From positions 26,626 to 90,625 of the forward strand of contig CAYSAT010000002.1 of NCBI GenBank assembly GCA_964429035.1: DNA of 64,000 nt, read 5' to 3'. A program made the translations under genes and the position numbers. The notes beneath the pieces are model-generated. The model had not been told where the DNA came from. It worked only from the letters and a program-made list of their open reading frames with translations, and did not search any database. This DNA is from an uncultured Candidatus Cloacimonadota bacterium (lineage in GTDB: Bacteria > Cloacimonadota > Cloacimonadia > Cloacimonadales > Cloacimonadaceae). This document shows, piece after piece, positions 37,623 to 46,310 of this stretch (within the stretch, counting starts at the first letter, position 1; every line of letters begins with the position of its first letter).

Positions 37623-39095
37623 CTATTGGATCAATTTTTTCTGCAAGATATGCCGATGATGCACAATCTGCTCTCTAATGATGGCTTTGAGCTCGAGATA
37701 TTCAATTCTTTTCAATACTTGGCCAGTCAGTATTATAAAAGCGAAGGCGGTAGTTATCTTGAGCACAAAAGATATCACGATACTATGTGGCGCAAGAAGG
37801 CCTGCTAACCATACTACAATAACCATTGGTATAGACAGTATTGCTGTGGGCATTATATCGAGTAGCTGTTCACTTGTAGGGTAGTTGACCAATTTGGCTG
37901 ACCACATTGAATTTAGCAGATAAGCAATAAATGAGTTAAATACCATTCCCCACAGCATTACAATCATGCCGAATTTAATACCGACTACTATTATTGGAAT
38001 AACAAGTATTTTCTTAATGATTTCCAGTTTGAGATAGAGGTCAGGCCGGTTTCTAGCATTCAACATATTCAGGTTCAAAGAATGGAGCGGATAAAGCGTT
38101 GCAGAAATACACATGATCCGTAAGTATGGAATCGCGGGTATCCACTTATCACCAACTAAAAGTTGAATGATTTCCTTCGATGTCGACATCATTAGCAACA
38201 TAAGGGTGCAGGTGATATAAAATGATAATTTAATCAACTTTTTATAGCCTGCCTTGAGTTTTACGTCATCACTGGCAATTGAGGCTAGGACAGGATAAGT
38301 CACTTGCTGAGTTGTCATTTCCAGATTTCGGGAAGGTAGGTTTTTGAACTGGTCAGCACGGGTAAAAAAACCTAGTTCTTGGGCAGAAAAGTATTTCCCG
38401 ATGATAAGTTTGTATATGTTTTTATAGACCGCGCCTATAAGATTGGCAGTTAGTATTTTCAGCCCAAAACCAAACAACTCTTTTAGTGAGTTTTTGCTGA
38501 ATTGAAATCTAGGATGCCAGCTAGACCATATGTGAAGCAATAAGACTCTTAGTACATTTTGTGTAATTGTCTTGATCGCCAAGCTCCAATATCCCAGTCC
38601 CATAAAAGCGAGGGTAATACCGACAACTCCTGAGCTAGTTGAAGAAATCAAAGATATCTTAGTTTGCAATTTAAAGTCAATATTCTTTGTCAGAATAGCT
38701 GTTTCAATCAACCCAAAGGAATTGACTATCAGATTTACAGCCATTATTTTAATTAAAAGATTGAGATCAGGCATCTTATAAAAGGACGATATAAAACCTG
38801 ATGCAAGGTATATTATCGTAAACATCAGCAAACCCATTGCAAGGTTTGTAAAAAACATTGTGTTATAGTCTTCGTCTGTGCAATTCTGTTTTCGGATCAG
38901 AGCCGATGTTAATCCCATTTCCACTAAAGAATCAGATATAGCAATGAAAACCGTAATCATGCCTATGGTCCCATATTCTTGGGGACTCAATAGTCGTGCA
39001 AGAATTACACCTACAATAAACTGCAGTAATTGATTAGCAGTTTTATCTGCAAAACTCCATTTCAAGCCACCAATTGTTTTATTCTTCAAACCCAT
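37623..39095 (-). CDS. wzx: Wzx-type oligosaccharide flippase (polysaccharide biosynthesis protein, MOP superfamily)
   Basis: 490 aa, ~12-14 TM segments. The N-terminus KNKTIGGLKWSFADKTANQLLQFIVGVILARLLSPQEYG is typical of Wzx/PST proteins. Confidence 0.8.
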   Translation of the reverse strand: MGLKNKTIGGLKWSFADKTANQLLQFIVGVILARLLSPQEYGTIGMITVFIAISDSLVEMGLTSALIRKQNCTDEDYNTMFFTNLAMGLLMFTIIYLASGFISSFYKMPDLNLLIKIMAVNLIVNSFGLIETAILTKNIDFKLQTKISLISSTSSGVVGITLAFMGLGYWSLAIKTITQNVLRVLLLHIWSSWHPRFQFSKNSLKELFGFGLKILTANLIGAVYKNIYKLIIGKYFSAQELGFFTRADQFKNLPSRNLEMTTQQVTYPVLASIASDDVKLKAGYKKLIKLSFYITCTLMLLMMSTSKEIIQLLVGDKWIPAIPYLRIMCISATLYPLHSLNLNMLNARNRPDLYLKLEIIKKILVIPIIVVGIKFGMIVMLWGMVFNSFIAYLLNSMWSAKLVNYPTSEQLLDIMPTAILSIPMVIVVWLAGLLAPHSIVISFVLKITTAFAFIILTGQVLKRIEYLELKAIIREQIVHHRHILQKKLIQ

Positions 39096-39146
39096 CGACG
39101 CATAACCGTATCATTTCAATCTGTTATAAATAACATATATAAACAT

Positions 39147-40142
39147 TTATGGCCGCATAACACCATGATCACTTGTCATAATAGAAGATTTCAGTATCTC
39201 ACCAACAATTCTACTGTAAACTTGAGCACCCTGGTGATTCAAATGACTAAGATCTTTATACAGATTACAATCATTCAATTCTGGATATGAGGCAGGGATG
39301 ATGATGTGTAAGGGTACTCCCTTTTTTTGTAATGCGGCTATAAGCTCTTCAGATATGAAAGTTGTCGAAGCAATGGCAGTATTGGCTGGACATCTTGGTG
39401 AAACGAAAGCAATTAAAAAAATGCCATTAACCCTGCACTCATCAATAAATAAGTTAAAGTATTGTTTCGCCAATAAGTCCCGTCTTCGGTCGGTCCTAGT
39501 GATTACTGTATTAGTGATTAAATTTTCAGAAAGATACTTATCAAAATCGTTAGCATTATATTTCCTTAAGTCTACGGTATCATGTAAGGGTATATACCCT
39601 CGGTCTGTGAGGTCTCGTTCACTAGGAGATTTAAGCAACTCAGCAATAATTGCCGCTACCTTCTGATTATAGGGAAGCATACGAAATGTATTTGTTAAAG
39701 AATTTGTAAAATCAATATCCACCAATAATCTGTTGATATGCGGGGTTTTTCTATATGGTCGCAATAAGTTTACTTTAGTATAGTGTTTATCGAAAAAATA
39801 GTCTATGTCCGATATGTCCCATAAAATAACTTTCGGCTTGTTCCGCTTGAGTATCAGTTGCAGTATTGCATACTTGTAAAAAATACTGGTTGCATCCTCT
39901 CCGGCATTATAAGTTGGCATTCCAACTTCAGCCTCGATAATGTCCGGTACATAGCCATGTTGGGCTGCTGAAGCTCCCATTATATAAACATCATAGTTGA
40001 TTTCTGCCAGATGGTTTATCAGAGCCCCTGAGGTCCCGGTATCTAAATCAAAATACCAATTCTCCAGTACTCTGCCAATCAATTGATCGAATAGCACCAA
40101 TATACTGAGAAAAATCATCACTTTTGTCAGTAGTTTCTTCAT
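39147..40142 (-). CDS. Membrane-anchored SGNH/DltD-like acyl-transfer protein (module B)
   Basis: ORF 39147..40175. The start is set at ATG 40142 (MKKLLTKVMIFLSILVLF), 5 nt after the MBOAT stop. VYIMGASAAQHG (Ser block) and KDLSHLNHQGAQ (DxxH block) are present. Same architecture as 14656..15603. Confidence 0.5.
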   Translation of the reverse strand: MKKLLTKVMIFLSILVLFDQLIGRVLENWYFDLDTGTSGALINHLAEINYDVYIMGASAAQHGYVPDIIEAEVGMPTYNAGEDATSIFYKYAILQLILKRNKPKVILWDISDIDYFFDKHYTKVNLLRPYRKTPHINRLLVDIDFTNSLTNTFRMLPYNQKVAAIIAELLKSPSERDLTDRGYIPLHDTVDLRKYNANDFDKYLSENLITNTVITRTDRRRDLLAKQYFNLFIDECRVNGIFLIAFVSPRCPANTAIASTTFISEELIAALQKKGVPLHIIIPASYPELNDCNLYKDLSHLNHQGAQVYSRIVGEILKSSIMTSDHGVMRP

Positions 40143-40146
40143 ATCT

Positions 40147-41538
40147 CTAGAACTGGAAATAGATAAAATTCTCACTGTTTAGGGAACCAATTAGCACTAT
40201 CAGTAGCGTGCAGACTATGTAAAAGGACCACCTAATCATTAACCTTTTACTGGCAATAAAGGAGGGAAGCAACTCGTCTCCCTTGATAACTTCCAGAAGC
40301 CAGATCATCCCTGTGCCGATCAAAGAATATATCAGCAGTTGCTTGGAGCCCCAATAAAATCCAGATGGGCTCAAACCAAGATGAGATACTATGTATACAA
40401 CATCATTGATATTTCTGGCTCGGAACAAGATGAAGCAAAAGACGAAAAACCCCATCACTAAAATGTTGGATATTGCGTTACCCAGAATGCCCGGAAAATA
40501 CTTCCTTACTCGAGATCTCAGATTCGTAGTAGATAACTCCCAAAGTATTGCTGCAGCCTGTAGTAGCCCGAAAACCACAAAATTCCAGTTGGCGCCATGC
40601 CAGATGCCGATGATCTGAAAGGTAACCAGGGCTGCCAACAAAATTCCAACCCGGCCTATTCCCCGCAATTTGTACTGCAGAGGGGTATTCACGTAATCTC
40701 TGACCCAGGAAGAAAGTGAAATATGCCAGCGTCGCCAGAAATCTGTCACGCTTTTGGCAAAGAAAGGGATTCGGAAATTCTCAATCAGATTGAAGCCGAA
40801 CATTTTTGCCGAGCCAATCGCGATCTCCGAATACCCGGAAAAATCAGCGTAAATTTGAATAGTGTACGCAATTGCCGCGACAGTAAGGGTCAATCCATGG
40901 TGCATGTGGACATTGTTGAACACAGCGTCCGTATAGGGAGCCAAATTATTCGCCACAACCAGCTTTTTGAACAAACCCCAAAGAATAAGTGTGGCACCCC
41001 CTACCAGGTTGTTATATTCAAAACGTTTGACCTTGTCTATCTGGGGAAGGAACAATTTGCTGCGGGCAATAGGTCCGGCCAGCAGCTGAGGGAAAAAAGA
41101 CATATAGAGCGAGAACCGGCTAAAAGATGCCTGGCGATTACTGTTCTGCCAGTAAAGATCCAAAACATATCCGATCGCCTGGAAACTGAAAAATGAAATA
41201 CCAATCGGCAGTAGCAGCCTGGACCACAGAGAGTCATCAGGTATGTTTTGACCAAACAGGAGGATGGGGATGTATTTAAAAAATGCCAGTATCAGCACAT
41301 TGTAAGTTATAGCAGCGTAGATCAGCCATGTTTTTCTAAATCTGAGCCACAGCGCGCAAATGACGTAGTTGATGACAATTGCAGAGGCCAGGAAAACAAC
41401 ATACCAGCTTTGATTGACGTAATAGAAAACGAAACTTGCAGCCAGTAGCAGATAGATCCTGTACTTGTGCTGGAGCGTATAGTACAGAGCAACTATAGCA
41501 GTCAGGTAAATCAAATAGTAAAGGGACGTTAAGGACAT
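40147..41538 (-). CDS. MBOAT-family membrane O-acyltransferase (DltB/AlgI-like, module B)
   Basis: 463 aa polytopic; FWRRWHISLSSWVRDY and IIGIWHGANWNFVVFG (conserved His). Confidence 0.85.
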   Translation of the reverse strand: MSLTSLYYLIYLTAIVALYYTLQHKYRIYLLLAASFVFYYVNQSWYVVFLASAIVINYVICALWLRFRKTWLIYAAITYNVLILAFFKYIPILLFGQNIPDDSLWSRLLLPIGISFFSFQAIGYVLDLYWQNSNRQASFSRFSLYMSFFPQLLAGPIARSKLFLPQIDKVKRFEYNNLVGGATLILWGLFKKLVVANNLAPYTDAVFNNVHMHHGLTLTVAAIAYTIQIYADFSGYSEIAIGSAKMFGFNLIENFRIPFFAKSVTDFWRRWHISLSSWVRDYVNTPLQYKLRGIGRVGILLAALVTFQIIGIWHGANWNFVVFGLLQAAAILWELSTTNLRSRVRKYFPGILGNAISNILVMGFFVFCFILFRARNINDVVYIVSHLGLSPSGFYWGSKQLLIYSLIGTGMIWLLEVIKGDELLPSFIASKRLMIRWSFYIVCTLLIVLIGSLNSENFIYFQF

Positions 41539-41658
41539 CTGGCTAAATGGGTCTCCTCGATATAATCTGCTCTTTCATAGGCTACAGGTGTTGAGTGATA
41601 CCCCCTCATTACAATACTGTTAAGTCGCCCGATTCTGTACAATCCTCGCGCAAATACC

Positions 41659-41904
41659 TTAAGGCGTGATTTTTGACAGTATGCAGATATAAAGGTCTGC
41701 CATAGTGTTAAAGTTTATCACTTCCACGAAGCTGAATTTCACATTAAAATGCTTCTCGATCTCGGTGATTATAACCATATGTGAAAGAGAATCCCAACCC
41801 TTAATGTCTCCGGCAGTAGTATCATCTGTTAAATCAAAATCGCTGTGTTTCAAGACATCTTGCACAATTGCTGACACATTTTGTTTTACTTGTTCTTTAG
41901 TCAT
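41659..41904 (-). CDS. Acyl/aminoacyl carrier protein (module B)
   Basis: ORF 41659..41937. Start at ATG 41904 (MTKEQVKQNV), preceded by AGGAGATAGT and lying downstream of the GNAT stop at 41913. DIKGWDSLSHMVIITEIE is the Ser context. Confidence 0.75.
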   Translation of the reverse strand: MTKEQVKQNVSAIVQDVLKHSDFDLTDDTTAGDIKGWDSLSHMVIITEIEKHFNVKFSFVEVINFNTMADLYICILSKITP

Positions 41905-41912
41905 ACTATCTC

Positions 41913-42686
41913 CTATCTTGCGTGACCAACTTTCCAAAATATGTCAAAGTAGCCACTTATTTGAAAGCCTAAATCCAACCAAGGTTTTCTGCCCATTTTT
42001 GACGCTTGCGAAAACACAAATTTGTACCCATTATCTAGACACAGTTGCAGTGCTTTAGTAAAAATCGATTTTCCAATCCCTTGTCTTCTAAATTCGGGAT
42101 CTACTGCCACCATATGTACACTAGCACCTGTAGAGCCCAAGAAAACCAGGGTTGTAGCCACTGGTTTGTTATCGAGATACCCAAGCAAAAGAACATACTT
42201 TTGAGACAAGAATCCTAGGACTGGTAACTCCTTGTTAGAGAATAGTACCTTTCTAGCGATTTCATGCCACAAATCCAAAGTTGGATTGTCTGATACAATC
42301 CTAACCTGTAGTTCCAATGACTCTTGATTTTCCGGTATGCCTTGTGTGAGATCGTAGAAAATGGCCGGCCACACCTCAATTTGCCTGATGCCCAGATTTT
42401 CCATTTCTGCAGTCAGATTTCCGTTTTCCAGTAACTCGTGCCTTATGAGAAATATCGGTGATATTGTGTTAGTCAACACACTGTCATTAAGAGCGCTAAG
42501 GTATCCTTCAGCTTCTGCAATCCTATCCGAGACTATCGTGAAATTCGGCCAACAGAAACGACTTGAAAAGATACTGAGATCAGGTTCATCAACTTTGATT
42601 ATGTCTGTTGATTGATAAAACACATCTTCATACATCTCTATCAGATTCTTCCAGTTTAGTTCATTCAACTGTGATGATCGGTCCAT
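41913..42686 (-). CDS. GNAT-family N-acetyltransferase
   Basis: ORF 41913..42695 (GTG); ATG 42686 (MDRSSQLNELNW) preferred. VHMVAVDPEFRRQGIGKSIFTKAL is the acetyl-CoA-binding motif A (Q/RxxGxG). Confidence 0.65.
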   Translation of the reverse strand: MDRSSQLNELNWKNLIEMYEDVFYQSTDIIKVDEPDLSIFSSRFCWPNFTIVSDRIAEAEGYLSALNDSVLTNTISPIFLIRHELLENGNLTAEMENLGIRQIEVWPAIFYDLTQGIPENQESLELQVRIVSDNPTLDLWHEIARKVLFSNKELPVLGFLSQKYVLLLGYLDNKPVATTLVFLGSTGASVHMVAVDPEFRRQGIGKSIFTKALQLCLDNGYKFVFSQASKMGRKPWLDLGFQISGYFDIFWKVGHAR

Positions 42687-42700
42687 ACCTAACACGAAAC

Positions 42701-44170
42701 CTAGGTTAATCCTGATAACTTGTTTCGATCAATTTTATCGTTTACATTCAAGGGAAATTGATCTATGTTAACAATGTTTTTGGGAACCATGTAGGGTGGC
42801 AATTTCAACCCAAGGTATCCAACAACATCTTCGTGCGACCCTTGATAATTTTCAATGAACAGAAACAACTGCTGGTTTCCATCTACCGTCTTGACGATGG
42901 CAATGGAGCGCTTACCAGTGAATTTGCTTGTGTGATATTCGATTTCATTTAGTTCGATGCGGAGACCCTGGATCTTGGCTTGAAAATCTTTCCGTTCACA
43001 ATATGAATAGTCGCCCTTTTCATTCATAAACACAATATCTCCGCTAGCGTAAAAGCGCTCGACCTGCCCGTTGTAATTTAAATAATGAAAGGATTCTGTA
43101 TTCTTTTCTTCGTCATTTAGGTAGCCTTCCGATACTTGGGGACCACCGATCAGCAATTCTCCTTTCTGACCAATTTCCGTGACCACTCTGTTATCATCCA
43201 ATATCAGGTGCTTAACTCCCGGCATAGGTTTTCCAATTGGAATTATATCATTGTAGAGTTCATCTGTACGAATCACATCCAACTGTTTTGTAAAAACGAT
43301 CACAGTTGTTTCGGTAGGACCGTATATGTTCCAAATTTTTGCATTGGGAATTGAAGGTTTAAACATATCAACCAAGGTTTTTGTAACAGGTTCAGCTCCA
43401 ATTAGAAGTGTTTTAACACTGGGCAGATGAAGTGACGATATGTACGATTTCAGTAAAGAAATAACTGACGGAACGAGAAATATAAACGTGATCGGATAAG
43501 TCGTAAGCACTCTAGCTATGTCAATTATCTTAATGCTTGCTGGATTAATAGTATAGATTGTGGCTCCAACGCAAAGTGAAGGAAGAAGCATGAGAATCGA
43601 AGCATCAAATGTTAGGTCGAACATCTGTAAAACACTGTCAGTTTCACGATACTCTATGGTGGTTCCAAATAGTGACTGAAGAAAAGCTTCTAGGTTTTTC
43701 TTTGTGATTTTAACGCCTTTAGGTTTTCCTGTACTGCCAGATGTATATACAATATATGCTGTAGAAAGAGGTTCCAGACTTCTAAAATGCATATCAGTAA
43801 GTGGTTCAGGTATAGAATCCATACCAATAAAAGACAGGAAATCTGGTACCTTTTCTGAATCTGCCTTGATGCTGCTAACTACATGACTAATGTTCGAACT
43901 GGTAGATATTTGTATTAAACGATCAGGAGGATACGCCAGATTGAGAATTACATATCCACAATTACTCAGGAACGTGGCAATTATGAAAGCATAAGTTTCA
44001 ATATCATCATGCATGACTATGCCTAGTAAGTCATTGTCATGATGCTCATACAAATATTGGCAGTATTTTTTTACCCGCAAGCCCAGATCTTTATAACTGT
44101 GTGATTTATCACTAATCACAAAAGCTGTGTTATCTGAATGGAGCAAGTGTTCTATGATTTGTTCGATCAT
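42701..44170 (-). CDS. Adenylation enzyme, DltA-like (amino acid/carboxylate--carrier protein ligase)
   Basis: ORF 42701..44233. ATG 44170 (MIEQIIEHLL) is preferred because GGAGATAAT lies upstream. YIVYTSGSTGKPKGVKITKKNL, NIYGPTETT, YASGDIV, and a stand-alone ~490-aa size match DltA/NRPS A domains. Confidence 0.85.
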   Translation of the reverse strand: MIEQIIEHLLHSDNTAFVISDKSHSYKDLGLRVKKYCQYLYEHHDNDLLGIVMHDDIETYAFIIATFLSNCGYVILNLAYPPDRLIQISTSSNISHVVSSIKADSEKVPDFLSFIGMDSIPEPLTDMHFRSLEPLSTAYIVYTSGSTGKPKGVKITKKNLEAFLQSLFGTTIEYRETDSVLQMFDLTFDASILMLLPSLCVGATIYTINPASIKIIDIARVLTTYPITFIFLVPSVISLLKSYISSLHLPSVKTLLIGAEPVTKTLVDMFKPSIPNAKIWNIYGPTETTVIVFTKQLDVIRTDELYNDIIPIGKPMPGVKHLILDDNRVVTEIGQKGELLIGGPQVSEGYLNDEEKNTESFHYLNYNGQVERFYASGDIVFMNEKGDYSYCERKDFQAKIQGLRIELNEIEYHTSKFTGKRSIAIVKTVDGNQQLFLFIENYQGSHEDVVGYLGLKLPPYMVPKNIVNIDQFPLNVNDKIDRNKLSGLT

Positions 44171-44280
44171 ATTATCTCCGTTTTGGTTTTTAGCAAATAT
44201 CTGCCATAGAATTTGTAAGCGAATTTTTTCCATTCTTCATTTCGATACCTCATCAATTCTCACGAGATGACATTGTAAAG

Positions 44281-45660
44281 TCATTTATGGTATCTACGAA
44301 TAAATTCTTCCACCTCAGGTATCCCGCCCTGGAAGATGAGGTAGCCGTTGTAGGGTTCGCCGGCGGTGATATCTCCGGCGATGGGAGTGAGCATCAATTC
44401 GCGGACTTTCTCAGGATCGGTGGTTTGCCCCAAAGCCCAGCCCAGCTTGATGTAGGCGACTTCGGGGAGGAGGTTTTCACCGGGGACCACGCCCATGCTC
44501 ATGAGGTCGCGGCCGGTGTCGTAAACGAACATATGGACGAAGCCCCAGAGGGTTTGCACGGTCATAAAGATCTGGACGCCTTTGGCGACGGCGCGCTGGA
44601 TGGCGGGATACAGGGGCTTGTTGACGTGCCCGAGTCCCGTTCCGGCGATCACGATGCCCTTGTAGCCGTTCTCCGTGAGGGAATCGATGATGTCCGGATG
44701 CATGTTGGGATAGTAATAAACGATCGCCACCCGTTCCTCGAAGAAGGGCAGCACTTTCACAGTTTTGTCCTTGCGCCGCTGGTTGTAATCCTTCATCGGG
44801 ATCACGGAATCCCGCGTCACACGGGCGATCGGGATATCTCCGACGGTGCGGAAGGTGCTGCGGTAGGAGGAGTGCATCTTGCGCACACGTGTGCCCCGGT
44901 GGAGCAAACCATATTCATCGCTGGTGGGGCCAAACATGCAGACCATCACCTCCGCGATATCGGAATGTCCGGCGGCATAGGCGGCGTGCATCAGATTCAG
45001 CGCGGCGTCGGAAGACGGGCGGTCGCTGGAACGTTGCGAACCCACCATCACCACAGGGACCGGCAGGTCCTGCAGCATGAAGGAAAGCGCCGCGGCGGTG
45101 TGATGCATGGTATCGGTGCCGTGGCCGATGATGATGCCTTGGGTGCCCGCGTTGATCTCGTGGCCGATGGAAACCGCCAGTTTCTTGTACTGGTCGGGCC
45201 CCATGTTTTCGGAAAAAACGGCGAAAAGTTTTTCGGTGTCGAGGTTGCAGATCTCCGCCAATTCTGGCACCGCGCCATAGAGTTCGCCGGGAGAGAAAGC
45301 AGGAATCACGGCTCCGGTGCGGTAATCCAGACGCGAGGCGATGGTCCCGCCGGTGCCGAGCAGCTTGACTTTCGGCAAGCCCGGGGTGAAGGGAAATTCC
45401 TTCTCCGGAATCTTGTAATGCGCCTCTTTGTAGCCGATCTCCTGCATGCCGCGGATCGTGTCCACATCAATGCCGACGTTGTAACCGGTGGCCAGTTTGA
45501 TCACGATGTGACGGTCGTCGTCATTTTCGCTGCGGGGCAGGATGATGCCCTGAAAATCCCCGCGCGAAGTCTGGATATTCGTCTCTCCCCAGACTCTGGC
45601 TTGAAAGTGTTTCAACACTTCAAGCGCTCGCCCTTTGTAGCCCTTGAAGAGATCAAGCAT
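44281..45660 (-). CDS. gatD: Glutamyl-tRNA(Gln) amidotransferase subunit D (archaeal-type, asparaginase-like)
   Basis: 459 aa. A ~90-aa N-terminal extension precedes the asparaginase core with LLGTGGTIASRLDYRTG and IIGHGTDTM motifs. Encoded next to a GatE homolog. Confidence 0.85.
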   Translation of the reverse strand: MLDLFKGYKGRALEVLKHFQARVWGETNIQTSRGDFQGIILPRSENDDDRHIVIKLATGYNVGIDVDTIRGMQEIGYKEAHYKIPEKEFPFTPGLPKVKLLGTGGTIASRLDYRTGAVIPAFSPGELYGAVPELAEICNLDTEKLFAVFSENMGPDQYKKLAVSIGHEINAGTQGIIIGHGTDTMHHTAAALSFMLQDLPVPVVMVGSQRSSDRPSSDAALNLMHAAYAAGHSDIAEVMVCMFGPTSDEYGLLHRGTRVRKMHSSYRSTFRTVGDIPIARVTRDSVIPMKDYNQRRKDKTVKVLPFFEERVAIVYYYPNMHPDIIDSLTENGYKGIVIAGTGLGHVNKPLYPAIQRAVAKGVQIFMTVQTLWGFVHMFVYDTGRDLMSMGVVPGENLLPEVAYIKLGWALGQTTDPEKVRELMLTPIAGDITAGEPYNGYLIFQGGIPEVEEFIRRYHK

Positions 45661-45671
45661 TTTCTGATCTG

Positions 45672-45708
45672 TTCACGAATTTCACGAATTTACACGAATT
45701 ACAGGAAT
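45672..45708 (+). repeat. Tandem CACGAAT array (left flank of the GxxExxY gene, 5' leader of gatD)
   Basis: gtTCACGAATtTCACGAATttaCACGAATtaCAGGAATg: four units at 9-10-nt spacing (45674, 45683, 45693, 45702). Confidence 0.85.
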
Positions 45709-45717
45709 GCAAAATAT

Positions 45718-46101
45718 CTAGAGGACTATACGTTCATGCTGAAGACTTGGGGTACCAAAATTGACCAGAATACCCAATTTTAGCTGAGCTGCTTTCAGGT
45801 AATTGAGAACCTGTGCGAAATGATCACTGGTGAATTGGCTCAAGGCTTTCAATTCGACGATAATCTGTCCGTAGCATAGGAAGTCAACTTTGTAGGTCTT
45901 CGATATGATAGCACCTTTATAGGCGATCTCAAATTCTTTTTCGCGCTCAAAGGGAATCCCTCTAGTCTGGAGTTCCAAGGCTAACGCTTCCTGATAAACT
46001 GGTTCCAGAAAACCACATCCCAAGGTTCTGTGTACTTCCATGCATGCGCCAACAATAGCGTAACTCTCGTCTTTGAAAAGTAGATCCTGGCTATTGTCCA
46101 T
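45718..46101 (-). CDS. GxxExxY protein (PD-(D/E)XK-like, PDDEXK_3 family)
   Basis: 127 aa; the name-giving motif is present (GCGFLEPVYQEAL). Typical size and a C-terminal LVNFG motif. Confidence 0.85.
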   Translation of the reverse strand: MDNSQDLLFKDESYAIVGACMEVHRTLGCGFLEPVYQEALALELQTRGIPFEREKEFEIAYKGAIISKTYKVDFLCYGQIIVELKALSQFTSDHFAQVLNYLKAAQLKLGILVNFGTPSLQHERIVL

Positions 46102-46107
46102 TAGTTG

Positions 46108-46138
46108 TCCACGAATTGCACGAATTCACACGAATTTT
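46108..46138 (+). repeat. Tandem CACGAAT array (right flank of the GxxExxY gene)
   Basis: tcCACGAATtgCACGAATtcaCACGAATttt: three units (46110, 46119, 46129), same orientation as the 45672..45708 array. Confidence 0.85.
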
Positions 46139-46266
46139 AGGTTTTACCGGTTACCTAGTGTTGAGATGGTTGCAGAACCCTGGGGCTACCACTATTGTTC
46201 ACAGGTTCCCATGTAGCTTTCATGCGCAGGTACCCAGGAAACTTTGTCATTGCAGATCTGGCGGTC

Positions 46267-46295
46267 ATTATATAAGTTGAGGTAATTCGTGTCAA
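46267..46295 (-). promoter_or_regulatory. Perfect sigma70-consensus promoter (TTGACA-N17-TATAAT) facing the GxxExxY gene and gatD
   Basis: Minus strand 46295->46267 reads TTGACA cgaattacctcaactta TATAAT. The -35 lies inside the inverted CACGAAT array, and its internal TGA is the gatE stop codon (46294-46292). Confidence 0.45.
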
Positions 46296-46310
46296 TTCGT
46301 GTAATTCGTG
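46285..46310 (-). repeat. Tandem CACGAAT array in inverted orientation, overlapping the gatE 3' end
   Basis: Plus strand ATTCGTGtcaATTCGTGtaATTCGTG (46285, 46295, 46304) is the reverse complement of CACGAAT x3. It encodes the last gatE residues ...STNYTN and the stop. Confidence 0.85.

Noticed and set aside
44287-45783. 498-aa plus-strand ORF covering the whole gatD region
   Set aside because: It is exactly antisense to a CDS with strong family motifs. The translation is a low-complexity G/V/D/H/A-rich string with no motifs. This is the typical shadow ORF of a GC-rich gene.
45672-46310. CACGAAT arrays as a possible CRISPR array
   Set aside because: The units are 7 nt at 9-10-nt spacing with only 3-4 copies. 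There are no 25-40-nt repeats or spacers and no cas genes. This is not a CRISPR array.
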